A DNA stretch of 64,000 nucleotides, from positions 1,488,001 to 1,552,000 of the forward strand of contig JBLDXI010000024.1 in the NCBI GenBank assembly GCA_047495785.1, written 5' to 3'. Below the pieces are notes generated by a model that had not been told where the DNA came from, did not search any database, and saw nothing but the letters and a program-made list of their open reading frames with translations. The position numbers and the translations under genes were made by a program. This DNA comes from Lepidodermella squamata (taxonomy: Eukaryota; Animalia; Gastrotricha). Positions 24,025 through 35,235 of this stretch are shown piece by piece (the stretch's first letter is position 1; every line of letters begins with the position of its first letter).

Positions 24025-26466
24025 TTACTGCTGATTAAAAAAGCTCTCGTTTTTAAGAATCATTTCTTTTAGCATAAAGTAGCAAAGAGCTAGGCTGGTA
24101 GTGAGTGATATCAAGAGGGAAACAAAGGCCGTAGCTGAATGCTGACTAGATTGGGTTTGTAGCGTAAAAATGATCAGTACAGCGCAAAGTAGCAATGACA
24201 AAGCATTCAATGGCCCAATGACAATTCCTCCGAGCTCCTTGCAGCAATTGTTAACAAGAAGTTTCATGCCCTGTTTTACACGATAGCCTTGATAAGAGCA
24301 AAACGCCAACATCGCCACGTGCAAAGCAGCCAAGTTTGCCATCCACGCAATTGCGTGCGACGAAGAACAAACGACTTCTGATATTTCGAAGTAAGTGTCC
24401 GTAATGGGGTCATAATTCCTAATTCGTGATGCGACAATCGATTCACAGGCGAACGAATCAGAGAGAAGCCAAATGACCAGGAGCGACATGCAGCCAACAA
24501 TGAAGAGAAATGTAGCCAGGGATGTTCGCTTTTGAATCCCTGCTTCAAACTCGACCGCTGGATCCTTCGTAGAATCGTTGTTACTTGAGGAAACCAACAT
24601 TATTGTACGGTTTGGCTGCGCATCCACTTTTGATCTATCCGTCGGTTTGTTTGGGCGAACTTGTCTAACAGAGGTATCAGGGCCCACAACTGTCAACATG
24701 TTCACAATTTTGCCGTCCTTCATAATTTTCACACGTTTCGGCGGAGGCGGCAGTTTCTTTGCCAGAAAATAAGCTCGGAATGAAACCACGCCAACAACGG
24801 TTGACATGGAAAACACTAACAAGACAAGTCGAGTAATTGATATGGCAAAACTGTCAATGCTGGTCTTCATCGAGAACGCCACTGCAGCCCCATTCAACAC
24901 AATGCATCCAGCATACCCGGTTATTTTGATGAAAGGAGATGTGCCAAGTTCTGGCTTCCCGCTGTTCTTGATGGTCACGAAAATGATTCCGAGTTGAAGC
25001 AAGGTCAAGATGGCAGCAATAGTTATGACAGCTGTTGCAACCTCAGGAGTGACCTCTCGTACCAGCGAAATCGAAAAAGCAACGTCTCTTGGTGGGTTTC
25101 CGCCGTTTTCCCAAGCAGCCCAATCCATCGACTCGAGAGGGGAGACTTTGTAGCGACCGTAGAACATGTAGTTTCGACTTGCATCCACCTCTACTGAAGA
25201 GAACTTATTTCGGTATCCTTTAGAATCGTAGTAAGAATAGAGGATCAAATCATTCTCTGCGTATCCTCGCTTGCTGAAACGCAGCTGGCCTCTCAGGCCA
25301 GATATGTTTACATTAAGTACAGATTGATTTACGACTTTCATCACGAATTCGGGATTCGTATTCATGTCTCGGAGCGACATGTTGAATTCTCGTTTCAGTC
25401 GATTATCGGCATCATGCATGGCGTATATCCCCATCAAAGTTGCATCGTGGCAAACGTATTTCAACGACCCTAGAGTTGCAGATCGAGGTCTCTTCAAAAT
25501 CTCGGTCATTTTCTCCTCGAAATAAGTGGTGTTGTAACCCAACTCGCTGACCCTGCTATCATCCATGACCTGAGTTATCGGCCCGACAAACAAAGCGAAA
25601 CTAAACTGGATTCGTAGGATTTCTCTTGTGCACCAACTGTCCAGTAAGTTTTCTGGCCTGACGTTGTTTGGTTCCGCTGCCAAGGAATTTGACATGAAGA
25701 AAATATATCGCTTACCGGTGATTCCAGCGTAATAAGCTTTGCAGAGAAAACGCCACAAAAGAGGCTCGGTGGTGACGTAGACAACAAGGACTCGAACGTC
25801 ATGAAATCGGATCTCATTGATCACATCGTCAGTTATGTCCAAGACGATGTTGAAAGTTGGAACATTAATGCCACTTTCCAAGGCGTATCTGTTGACGTAT
25901 GTTGCTGATATATAGTCGCTTGGAGAACTGGCCAGCGTTAGGATACCTATAGTCGACCATTTCCCAACGTCTTTAAAGAAGTGAACCAAGGATATCGCGT
26001 TGAGCTCTCCATTTGACTGAACACTGTAGAGATTCGGATAGGTCATATGATCAGCGAGGAAAGGCGCTGTGCATGCAATAGCAAGTCCGACCATGTTGAA
26101 ATATTTCAGCGGTTTTCCGTAGGGTTTGCAGCCGACGGAAAAGAACGGTCCGATAAATATCGGCGAGCGAATTAGCCCGTCATCTGACCTGTTTTCCCAA
26201 GCTCGGCCGTATCTCACGAGTTCACGGACTGGGGCGTAGCCTTGCGCGAATCCTTCTTCATCTCGATAGTCCGGTACGATGTGATAGTCAGTCAGAATGT
26301 CAGTTCGGTTGTTAGCGTGGTCGATCGCGATTTTCACAGCTGGCGGGCATCCTACATGTGTAATTGGGAACACCTGCAGCATAGAAATGTTGAATTTCTT
26401 TCTCTGACAGCTAACATGCGTGGAAAATGCAAGCAGAATCAAGTAGATGTACCCCATTCGCGACAT
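24025..26466 (-). CDS. Orphan class C GPCR, GABA-B-like (Venus flytrap + 7TM), copy 1
   Basis: Intronless; first ATG at 26466 (MSRMGY) aligns with paralog starts. Signal peptide, PAVKIAIDHAN.R.DIL.DY VFT start, no cysteine-rich domain, seven hydrophobic helices. Confidence 0.88.
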   Translation of the reverse strand: MSRMGYIYLILLAFSTHVSCQRKKFNISMLQVFPITHVGCPPAVKIAIDHANNRTDILTDYHIVPDYRDEEGFAQGYAPVRELVRYGRAWENRSDDGLIRSPIFIGPFFSVGCKPYGKPLKYFNMVGLAIACTAPFLADHMTYPNLYSVQSNGELNAISLVHFFKDVGKWSTIGILTLASSPSDYISATYVNRYALESGINVPTFNIVLDITDDVINEIRFHDVRVLVVYVTTEPLLWRFLCKAYYAGITGKRYIFFMSNSLAAEPNNVRPENLLDSWCTREILRIQFSFALFVGPITQVMDDSRVSELGYNTTYFEEKMTEILKRPRSATLGSLKYVCHDATLMGIYAMHDADNRLKREFNMSLRDMNTNPEFVMKVVNQSVLNVNISGLRGQLRFSKRGYAENDLILYSYYDSKGYRNKFSSVEVDASRNYMFYGRYKVSPLESMDWAAWENGGNPPRDVAFSISLVREVTPEVATAVITIAAILTLLQLGIIFVTIKNSGKPELGTSPFIKITGYAGCIVLNGAAVAFSMKTSIDSFAISITRLVLLVFSMSTVVGVVSFRAYFLAKKLPPPPKRVKIMKDGKIVNMLTVVGPDTSVRQVRPNKPTDRSKVDAQPNRTIMLVSSSNNDSTKDPAVEFEAGIQKRTSLATFLFIVGCMSLLVIWLLSDSFACESIVASRIRNYDPITDTYFEISEVVCSSSHAIAWMANLAALHVAMLAFCSYQGYRVKQGMKLLVNNCCKELGGIVIGPLNALSLLLCAVLIIFTLQTQSSQHSATAFVSLLISLTTSLALCYFMLKEMILKNESFFNQQ

Positions 26467-28429
26467 TTTCTCGAAAATAAACGAAGAAGGCAGCTTAACA
26501 ATCAATAATGACGTATTTGCTTGTCTTTTTACTTTTTAATGCGTTTACCAACATTCCCCACGTGTTACAATGAGTCTCCCACGCATAACATGTTCGCACT
26601 GGGCAATAATTTGAGGGTTTTAATTATTAGTATGTGTTTATTTTACAAAATATCCATTAAAATCCAGGGAAAGGGGTTCAATTTCCCTAAAGGAAATCCG
26701 CGTTGAAATTAATTAATTCGAGCAATAATTACGGAAGCTTTGATAATTATCATAAGATGTCCGCAAGTAGTTCACTGATAAACGTTAAGCGATTAAGTTT
26801 TTTTATTTTATGCTGCCCATTGCGTCAGAACAACTAACACAGATCTATCAAGGGCTATATTTTATAAGCCTACTGTAGATATCTGCTGTAGATCTCAACT
26901 TGAATCCCATGACAAATGAAAGCTGAGGGGTTTTATTGGTCATTGTCACTTAATGGATCTTCATCAGACCGTTCGCTCGGATTGTTTTTACCCCTATCAC
27001 CGCCACGGCGCCTATCGCAGTGCCTGCATGAGTGTCACTGGCAGCAAGTATCAAGTAATGGATCGAATTCACGCCATGGGTCATCATAGATGACAATTTG
27101 TCGAGTCAATTGACCGTCTGAAATTTTCCAACCTTTCAGCCCGAATCTCGTGCCGCCACATTTCACCCACCTGCAAATTGAAAATCCTACGGAAAAGCCG
27201 AATGAGCAAAAGTAACTGGGTTCTACACACGTTGGGTATTCAGGAAGGTATTGACGTTGAGCAACATGTCGAAATTATGAAACTTGAACCCCAACTTCCG
27301 CTTTTTGGCTAATTTCTGGTTTGCGATGATTAAAATCCCCTGCCAGTCGCCAGTCGCCAGTCAGAGTTAGCAGCGACTCAGGGTCCTTTATCAGTCCGAG
27401 ACTACCACAGTAGGTGTTATGAAACATTTTTATTTAGTTTACTTTTGCAAAATAGAAAAGCTAATAAAAGCGGGAATGATGGAAGAGAAAATGAGAGGCT
27501 CGCACGCCATACGTAGTGGTGTTTGCGACGCGAGAATGCGATAGCCTCACCATTGTTGGCGCTTAATTGCTTCCAATACAGACCCAAGCGACGACGCGTT
27601 TCACACGGTCACACGCTTTGATCATGTGGGCACGTGTGACCATTGACCATTGGTGTGTACAACGGAGTGAGTTTTCTCTTTAGCCCGCTCTTGTCGTTTG
27701 TTATGTTACATATTGCTCTAGGGACAGCTCACATATTACAATTATGTTACATAATTCCCCTAGGGGAAAACTTCACATATTGACAGTTTAAGGCGGATTT
27801 TTTAAAATGCGAGCGAAGCGAGCCATGATCCAAAATCCTTGCACCGCCGTAAGAGCGAGCGGAGCGAGCTTTACGGGGCAAGGATTTTGGGACGAGCGTA
27901 GCGAGGCACCGAGCGAGGCGAGAAAGCAGCGATTAATTTTTGTCGCAGTCGAGCGAAGCGAGAAAAGTAACCAACAACTAGTTTCTTCCTTCCGCTAGAT
28001 AAAGGCGACCAGCGACTGTCTTACGCTTCTCAACGACGATCTCACTGGCGGGTATAACTTGGGACTAATAGAGATGGACTCGAAACTTGGCTAAAAAGGC
28101 TCTGATCGAAGAAAAAAATCCTCTTTGCGTGCGTCACGTTTTTCGAGGCAAAAAATGGTTGTAAACAAGAAATTTAATGCCACAAAGCAGCATCCGCCCA
28201 TTATAGCGCTAAAAATGACCAGTGGTACTCATGAATGCAATTATAGCTCATCGGCTAATTATCAGATATCAAAACAAATTACATATTCAGAAAGACCAGC
28301 TGGAGACGCGTGCACAGATATAAAAATTATTAAGGACATTTTTATTTATATCTCTTTTATTCATGTTTTGTAAGTTCAATGATTTCTATGATCAGAAACG
28401 CTGCGCGAGTTAGAGTTCATTCAGGAATT

Positions 28430-31321
28430 TCATTTTGATTTTGATTTCGATTTCGATTTCGACTTCGGTTTTTTTGAGAGATATGGATTTTTCGACAAAT
28501 GGTCGTTGTGACCAGCCAGGCAGGATCGTAAACTCATGTCCGAAACGCCGTCGTGATCCTTCGCATATCGGACAATACGGGACGCGACAACGCAACGGAC
28601 CAACTTCAAGATGGCCGACTTTCGTTCGGCTGCAATGTTCGGCAGGGAATTTCTCAGATGTTCCTCGAATTCTTTGGTAAGCAATCGAGAGCAATTATCA
28701 CCGCTGCAACACAGCCCGAGAACTTGAAGGACGTCGCCATGCGGGCGCACCAAGCCGCCACGTGAAACCTCGTCGATGTAGCTGTTCAATTCGATGTTGC
28801 GGTTGTCATTTTCCTGGCACCTAAGCCCTAGCCGACGGCTTATGAAACCAGCCACATAGCTGAACGATTTGTAATTGCTTTTCAGATTGCGAGGAAGTGC
28901 AACTTTCACCAGCTGTGCAGTCTTGATTCGCTCGAGAGCGGCTTTCTTGCAAGCCCTGGCTGCGACGATTTGAATAGCGTCATGGTCAACTCCATCGACG
29001 TTTGCCGCCCTGGGAATGCCAAAATGTGAACTACACATTCGCAAGTGAGCCGCGTATACCAATACATCGAAAACGGATGGGTGACTTTTCGAGCCGCCGC
29101 ACTGGCGGAACTGAGCGAAAAGTTGCTCCGCCCCGTCTTGGTTGAACCTATTGGTCATGATTACCTTGACACCTTGCGAGAGCAGAAATTTGCTTAGTTT
29201 GACGATGTTTTTCGTAGCCTGGACCATGCCGCGAAACACATTCTTCGGCCAGGAAGTGGAGCGTTTACGCTTAGCGCCGTTTTTATCAACAATTTCACGA
29301 TAATTTGATCGGTTGAGATTCTGACAAACTCGAATTTTGCGAATGAAATCATTCTCCAGCCATTGAAATCGAGGATCTTCGAGGTCAGTAAAAGGACGCA
29401 ACATAGGATTCTTAGTTTGCGCGCAACGTTTAAAAGACGAGGAATTCAGGATATCGAACCATTTGTCAAAATGAATCAACAAGTCGGCCATGGCAGTGGC
29501 ATTCTTCTTGTCGAACGTCGATGAGTAGTGCATAACAGATCGAGCCATAGAACGGGAGAACACTTGTACCGCCAGGGCCGTTCGCATTTTTTGAGGGGCT
29601 CGCTTGTTCTTTTCAATGGTGAAAAGATGGTGATGCGTAATTTTCCGAATCATGCGGAAGAACTGCTCGATGTCTTCTTTGAACGCATTTTGCAATAATT
29701 TCCATTTAAAAATTCCACCACCAGGTAATATGAAATCGCCGTTGATAAGGGCGTTACGAGCACACTAAGAAAGAAAAATAATTTTTACGCTGATGAAATG
29801 GAGCCGATTTACCTTGATTAGATGAGGCACATCCGGAATGATGAATACTTTTTGACCAGGAATGGTTGGATGATCGAATTCCAGCTGTTTATTGAAGCCT
29901 GTATCTATCATAGACCAATTTTTTCCATCTCCGTCGAGAGTAACCGAAACCGCCTGACTGCCAATCGCGGCCATGCGCCGAATTGTCTCGAGCAAAGCAT
30001 CCTTCATGAAACTAGCCGAGGCATTGTTCGTAACGGGATAATTTGCTGTATTTATGAGCAAGCGACATGCAGCGAATCGAATCACAAAACTCAGTACTTT
30101 AGTAGCTGGTTTGGTCGGGTCGTCCATTGCCATACCAACAACCAGTCCTTGGCGGTTCGGCACCGGCCGTAGGGTGCCTGAAACATGAACTTCGTCCATC
30201 ATCACATGGCAGAACCTAAAGTCCACATCCGGCAACAGCTTCATTTGGGAATCAAGTAAGGAATAGGCAGACTCCGATTGACCGCCTTCGTACTCCACAG
30301 GAATTAATCGTTGCAATGTTCGTTCACACGGCAAAATCATCATTCGCGACCGAACGATGTTATTATACAGTGAAGGGCCGCGGAGATGCATACCGAGCGC
30401 GTATCGCAGAGTTAGAGGTGAATATCGCCGGCCACGAGGGTCTTCTACCTTGCGCAAACTTTGTGGTTCTTCCAAGAACTTTTCAAGCTCATCATCAGAA
30501 ACCAAATTTTTCGGAAGGAACACGGCTCCCGAAGGCAAGCTACTCGCGTTGGCCTCAGCTTCAGCGTCGTCCATTGCTGCTTCGACGGCTATTTCCGCTA
30601 TTTGCTTTTTCAAAGACATACCAACAGCTATCGAAAGTGGCGACTGAGACTTTATCTTTCGACCACATCGGATACGGTAATAGCTAGCTTTGCTGATAGC
30701 ATTCTTCAATTTTCGTTTCAGTTCAACTGCTATCCTTTCAGCTTCATTCTTGGCGTTTTCATGCTGAGCCAATGCGTGAGCAAGACTTTCATTCCGTTCT
30801 TCCAGCCTAGCAATGTAATCTTGGCTATTGGTGCTTCGTTCAGGTCTCGGTCCAGTGGTCGACAGATCAAGAATTGTCGTAGAATCAGGCGAATGACGTT
30901 TACCAGTCGTCAAGGGCAATGTAAGATCGAGGGCAATTTCAGGCAAATTCGAATTCGCTACGGCAACTGGCGATTCGATAACTTGACCAGATCCAAGCTT
31001 CGGTAATTTTATCAACCAATATCCAGAATTGCTGACAGGGCCGCTATCAGATGCAATCTCAAATACCTTCTCAGGCGTAATGGAAATAGTGGGCGGGTTG
31101 GAAATCGCTGGCATGCTCGGCAATTCCGAAATCGGCGAATTCGAATTAGGTAAGGAATCATTGGACTGATCAGACAGCTGCTGATTCGAGATATTTTCAT
31201 CAGCGACAGAGTCTGGACTGTCAATGGCAATAAGACGCTCGCTTTTCGGAACATATTTCGGATTTCTATTCTTTCCCTTCGGCTTCCGACCGATACACTT
31301 GCTTTTTGGCTTACGCGGCAT
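28430..31321 (-). CDS. P-element/THAP9-like transposase, about 947 aa, no THAP domain
   Basis: Exons 31321-29813 and 29764-28430 (48-bp intron). Splicing restores DVPHLIK|CARNAL (P-type DxxH motif). Catalytic MMDE, TLDG, QDGAEQLFAQFR; also RGRRYS, LPCERTLQR, KMR..LA.QVFS, FD.LNS, YVAGF, RGGL. Confidence 0.92.
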
Positions 31322-31786
31322 TAATCGAATTATGATAAAGGAAATTAAAAAGATTCGGAAAAATGGCCTGGCCTCTAAGGAAAAATGATAAAATATTACT
31401 TACAGTTAATATAACAATTAAATTATAATATTTTAAGAATATGAAAAGATAAGTAGCGATATAGACCAAAAGCTTCTAGAATCGATGACTCGATGATTAA
31501 TAAAATTGCTCTTTCAGCTGAAAATTGCCATTATGCCATAGTGACTCATATCAATGCCTTCGTCAGGAAGCAAGCTTTCCAAATCTGCAACTCATATAAA
31601 AAAATGTTGGAAAATAAGATCACCAGAGTAGTATAGGTCTCCGCACAAACTCCGTATCTTTTTTTTTGCTTACGCATACGACCAATCACTTACGCAAACG
31701 GCGAAAAACATACGACCACATACGCACCCTATTCACAAACTCTGCATGCGTATGCGTTATGTCTTTGCTGAACGGCGTTGTCACCT

Positions 31787-31868
31787 AAAAAAGGCTTGCT
31801 TTGACCGGGGATCGAACCCGGGTGACTTGTTTGTGAGATCGGCATAACACCGATTACACTAACAAGAC
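31787..31868 (-). ncRNA. tRNA-like Pol III cassette inside the MITE (not a canonical tRNA)
   Basis: A-box TAGTGTAATCGG, perfect T-arm CCGGG-TTCGATC-CCCGG, T6 terminator; anticodon and acceptor stems do not pair. Confidence 0.55.
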
Positions 31869-32174
31869 GCATGATTTCGAGTTGTAGTAATCAGTACTTG
31901 ACGGATCACGCATCGTGATACAATTATTAATTAATATAATTGGTAATTATTTATAGAGCACTTAAAATTTCTTATTTATTTATCCCAAATGACCCCAAAA
32001 GGTACAGGGAATTAAAAAAAATTCTTCTGAATTTTTATGATTTTTTCCTGAATTTCCATCGAGTTTTTGATAATTATTCAATTAGTCATAATAATTAATA
32101 TTTTCAACTTCAATGTTCGCAGAGTTGTGATGGTGGCACGATTAAAACCGGAGAAATTATCTCACTGTTTGCGT

Positions 32175-32258
32175 AAGTCGTTGTGGCGAGGTTGGTTATT
32201 GACTGGCCTCGACGATGGGAGGCTCGGGTTCGAACCCCGCTCACCACACGACTTTTTT
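32175..32258 (+). ncRNA. tRNA-like Pol III cassette inside the MITE (not a canonical tRNA)
   Basis: A-box-like TGGCGAGGTTGG, B-box GGTTCGAACCC, T6 terminator; 5' AAGTCGTTGTGG can pair with 3' CCACACGACTT. Confidence 0.55.
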
Positions 32259-33370
32259 AAGCGATCAGGCCTCGTTGCAAAAATACATAACGCTTACGCA
32301 TTCAGAGTTTGTGAATTGGTCGTATGCGTTATGTTTTTCTTAAAACATACGAGCGAGGCAAAAAACTTAACGCATAACTTGTCTACTTATTTCATGCAGA
32401 GTTTGTGCGGAGACCTTATTCATTTCTAAACGGCCGTAAAATCGCCTCATAATGGGCGGATGCGACTTTTTAGGCATTTATTATTGTTAATTTTCCATTT
32501 TTTGCTGTGATGCGACAGCGCGTGTGATTTTAAACACTTTTTTCATCCAGCTGGCCGATCAGAAGAATTTTGTATGTGTTTATCAGCAAGTTTCGAGTCC
32601 ATCTCTATTAGTCCCAAGGGGTATAACACTGGCAGGTAAAAAGAGCCGGAAACAAAACGAAATCGGTCACTTCCAAGCTTGAAACGAGTCGAAGCAAGAG
32701 TGAAACGAGGCGCAGCCGAGTGTAACGAATGCGGAGACGAGTTTCAACATTTTCGAATTTTTTCGAAGGCCCACTTTTTCCAAGGTAATACAGGTAGGAG
32801 ATACACGTGAAAATACTGCAGTTTGCACCTGACAGCAATTTGCGAACTCAAAAATTGGCGCGGCTTTTTAATCGACGAAATGCGCTGATAAGTGTTCGAG
32901 AGTTCAAAAATAAGAAATTGTCTAGCTTTCATGATTAAGATGGATTTTTTATTGTTTGAGAATTCATGCCCTCGTTTTTTTAATATGCAGCGAACTATGT
33001 GAATTATGTGGATTTCGGCACACTCAAACCCCTGTATCTCGATAACGGTGATAGCTGTCCCCTTCGAGCAATATGTAAAATAGTTCCCACGGTCCGGCCT
33101 GTTTCTCGATGATAACATAACTGCGCCTCGGCTTCGCCTCGGCTTGTTATGTGATCATCTCGAAACAGGCCTCCCCTAGGGAACTATTAATACTTATCCT
33201 GTAAAAGTAAAAGTGCTCTAAGAAAGGTATAGAACATACAGGTATCGAAGATATAAGAAAAAATTAACACTACATTTGCACCTTACTAAAAACTAAAAAC
33301 TAAAACTAAAACTGGACTAAATCAGGAGAGCCGAGATTCATATTACATTCGAAATTCCACTGCATTACTT

Positions 33371-34746
33371 CGCTCCTTTTGCCCTATAAAGTAACTTTTC
33401 CCCTTTTACACACCCATTCTCTGTTGGAAAGGCGAGTTTTTGCCTCATCGCATATTGCACTATCGCGGCGCGGAGCAGTATATCTATTATAAGAATGCGC
33501 GGGTCGATGCCTTATCTTCTGCAGAATGAATTCAATATAAAAAGGCTTTATTGCAATAGTATAGAACGCTTTGCAGAGAATTATGCAATATATCCGCCAA
33601 AAAATCACTTTTTATGCAACATAAATTCTTAGATTTTTGTAGTTTTCTCCTCGAAATTCGAAACTGGTAAAATTGGTTGGATTTGATGTTTTCTTGGAAT
33701 AATGAAACCACCAGCTACTGCCACCGTCAAGGTGTTTAAGATGGACTTTAACTTCGAGGAAGTCAAAGTCTGGATGAATAACAATTTCCCATTACACCGG
33801 ATCAAGTTCTCAGGAAATTCGGGAGGCAAGTTCCGCATACTGGAAGTGGAATGAAGCGTGGTCGTCTGAGATGCCCGGCATCGGCGAAAGACGTTGAAAA
33901 CCGCAGCTGCGATGGACCCGTAGCGTTAGTTTCTCAAAATCCAGAACAAAGCCAGGAGCGAGATCCCAACGCAACGAGCATCGAGATCTTACGCAAGATG
34001 TTGTTGCTGCTGTTGTGAGAGCAGAGCCTCGAGAGCCCCTAAGCAGTGACACAAAACATGCTGCATGTTAGCATGTTACCTGCCTGTCGAACGTACGCAT
34101 GCTTCGAGAATGAATCGTTTCAAATTTTTCGATCTGCGTCTGACTTCCTGAGTATAGGCTATCAATTATCCCCAATGTATCTCAATAAAAGTGTTTTAAG
34201 TTTTCTTGAAGAGGCACCCGTCCAAAATTTGAAATAATTATGATTCCTGACACAATGCCATCGAAACCATACAACACAATTGTGATTGACTGTGTGAGGA
34301 ATATATTCGAAATTTAGCGGTCAAAACTTCAGTTTTCTGTTCAGCTGGCAAGGGAGTACACTACCGAAGGCCTATTTGCCGTGAAACACCCATGGAAAAC
34401 GACTTTCATAAGAAATTTATGATATTTTAGTTGACTTTCTGCAGAATACCGGGCACCAACCGCAAGAGAGCCCGGTTTTTATGCAGAAAGTCTGAATTAT
34501 TATGCAAGATAACCGCTGCCGCATTGCTCATCATGCATAAAAAATGGAGCGCACGTGCGTTTTTATGCAAGATAACTTACTGATTGCTCGCAACTTATGC
34601 GAAATAATAGGCAACAAGGGTAACGCTTCTGCCATACTACTGCTGCCCGAGAAAAAAATTACGCCGCTCGCAAACATATGAATTACTACGGAGCTGCGCT
34701 CATACATGGGTTTTTGAAAACGTTCCCTTATGGGGCAAAAGGAGCG
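33371..34746. mobile_element. Non-autonomous DNA transposon with 4-bp TSD (1376 bp)
   Basis: TIR CGCTCCTTTTGCCC(T/C)ATAA, TSD ACTT (33367-70 / 34747-50); absent from the paralogous site at about 40700. Confidence 0.8.
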
Positions 34747-35235
34747 ACTTGCGGTGTCTGAGTCACATTGTGTTGCTCGTTTGACAAAAAGCTCAAGTTA
34801 ATACCCAAGAAATCGGCAAACTTTATTTAAAACAATCTGTGGCTTTCGCTGATTTCGAGATATATTAACAGCATCCAGGGTATTGTGGATAACAAATAAC
34901 AATTACTGTTGAAGTCTGACCGTTTGCGAGAGACAAGGGAGAATTAATAAGAGTAATGTTTCCGACCAAGAGGGTTCAGATCTAAGCGGCGGATTACCGG
35001 CGGCTGCACCTTCAAGGAGAGCTTTTATGAGCGTGCGGCACGCTTCGTCAATAAAACTCCAATCAGTCGTGCATTGAACGTGAGACTACACAAAGAAAAC
35101 ATCGTATAGCGGTTAAAGCTAGGGTTTGCCTGTGGATTGATTATTGATAAAAGTTCTCTCCAGTGCAAACGGACCATTGAATACAATGGAAAAATATTTC
35201 GTGAAAATGATAACCAAGCGCCACTAATCAACTAA

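Larger units (their letters stand above)
31635..32416. mobile_element. 782-bp TIR element (MITE) in the 5' region of the P element
   Basis: TIR AGGTCTCCGCACAAACTC at both ends, flanked by TAT (31632-34 / 32417-19); subterminal inverted copies of ATTCACAAACTCTG.ATGCGTA.GCGTTATGT (31731-62 / 32285-32316). Confidence 0.8.
28058..32618 (-). mobile_element. Full-length P-superfamily DNA transposon (4561 bp)
   Basis: Perfect 32-bp TIRs CTTGGGACTAATAGAGATGGACTCGAAACTTG (28058-28089 / 32587-32618); 8-bp TSD GGGTATAA (28050-57 / 32619-26); 15-bp internal inverted repeat (28190-28204 / 32449-32463); encodes a transposase. Confidence 0.93.
27709..33190. mobile_element. Non-autonomous hairpin-rich element with asymmetric inverted repeat (about 0.9 kb excluding the nested P element); superfamily uncertain
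   Basis: Absent from the paralogous site at about 40500 and flanked by TA at 27707-08 and 33191-92. The left end (TTACATATTGCTC..GGGACAGCT) is inverted to 33053-33078; long hairpin at 33080-33188; several GCGAAGC/GCGGAGC-capped hairpins. Confidence 0.65.

Noticed and set aside
26467-26505. Extended N-termini of GPCR copies 1, 2 and 5 and of the second sulfotransferase in the ORF track
   Set aside because: They start at non-ATG codons; the first ATG aligns across paralogs and gives a proper signal or anchor peptide.
31787-31868. Possible tRNA-Val(CAC) gene
   Set aside because: Anticodon and acceptor stems do not pair; reported only as a tRNA-like cassette.
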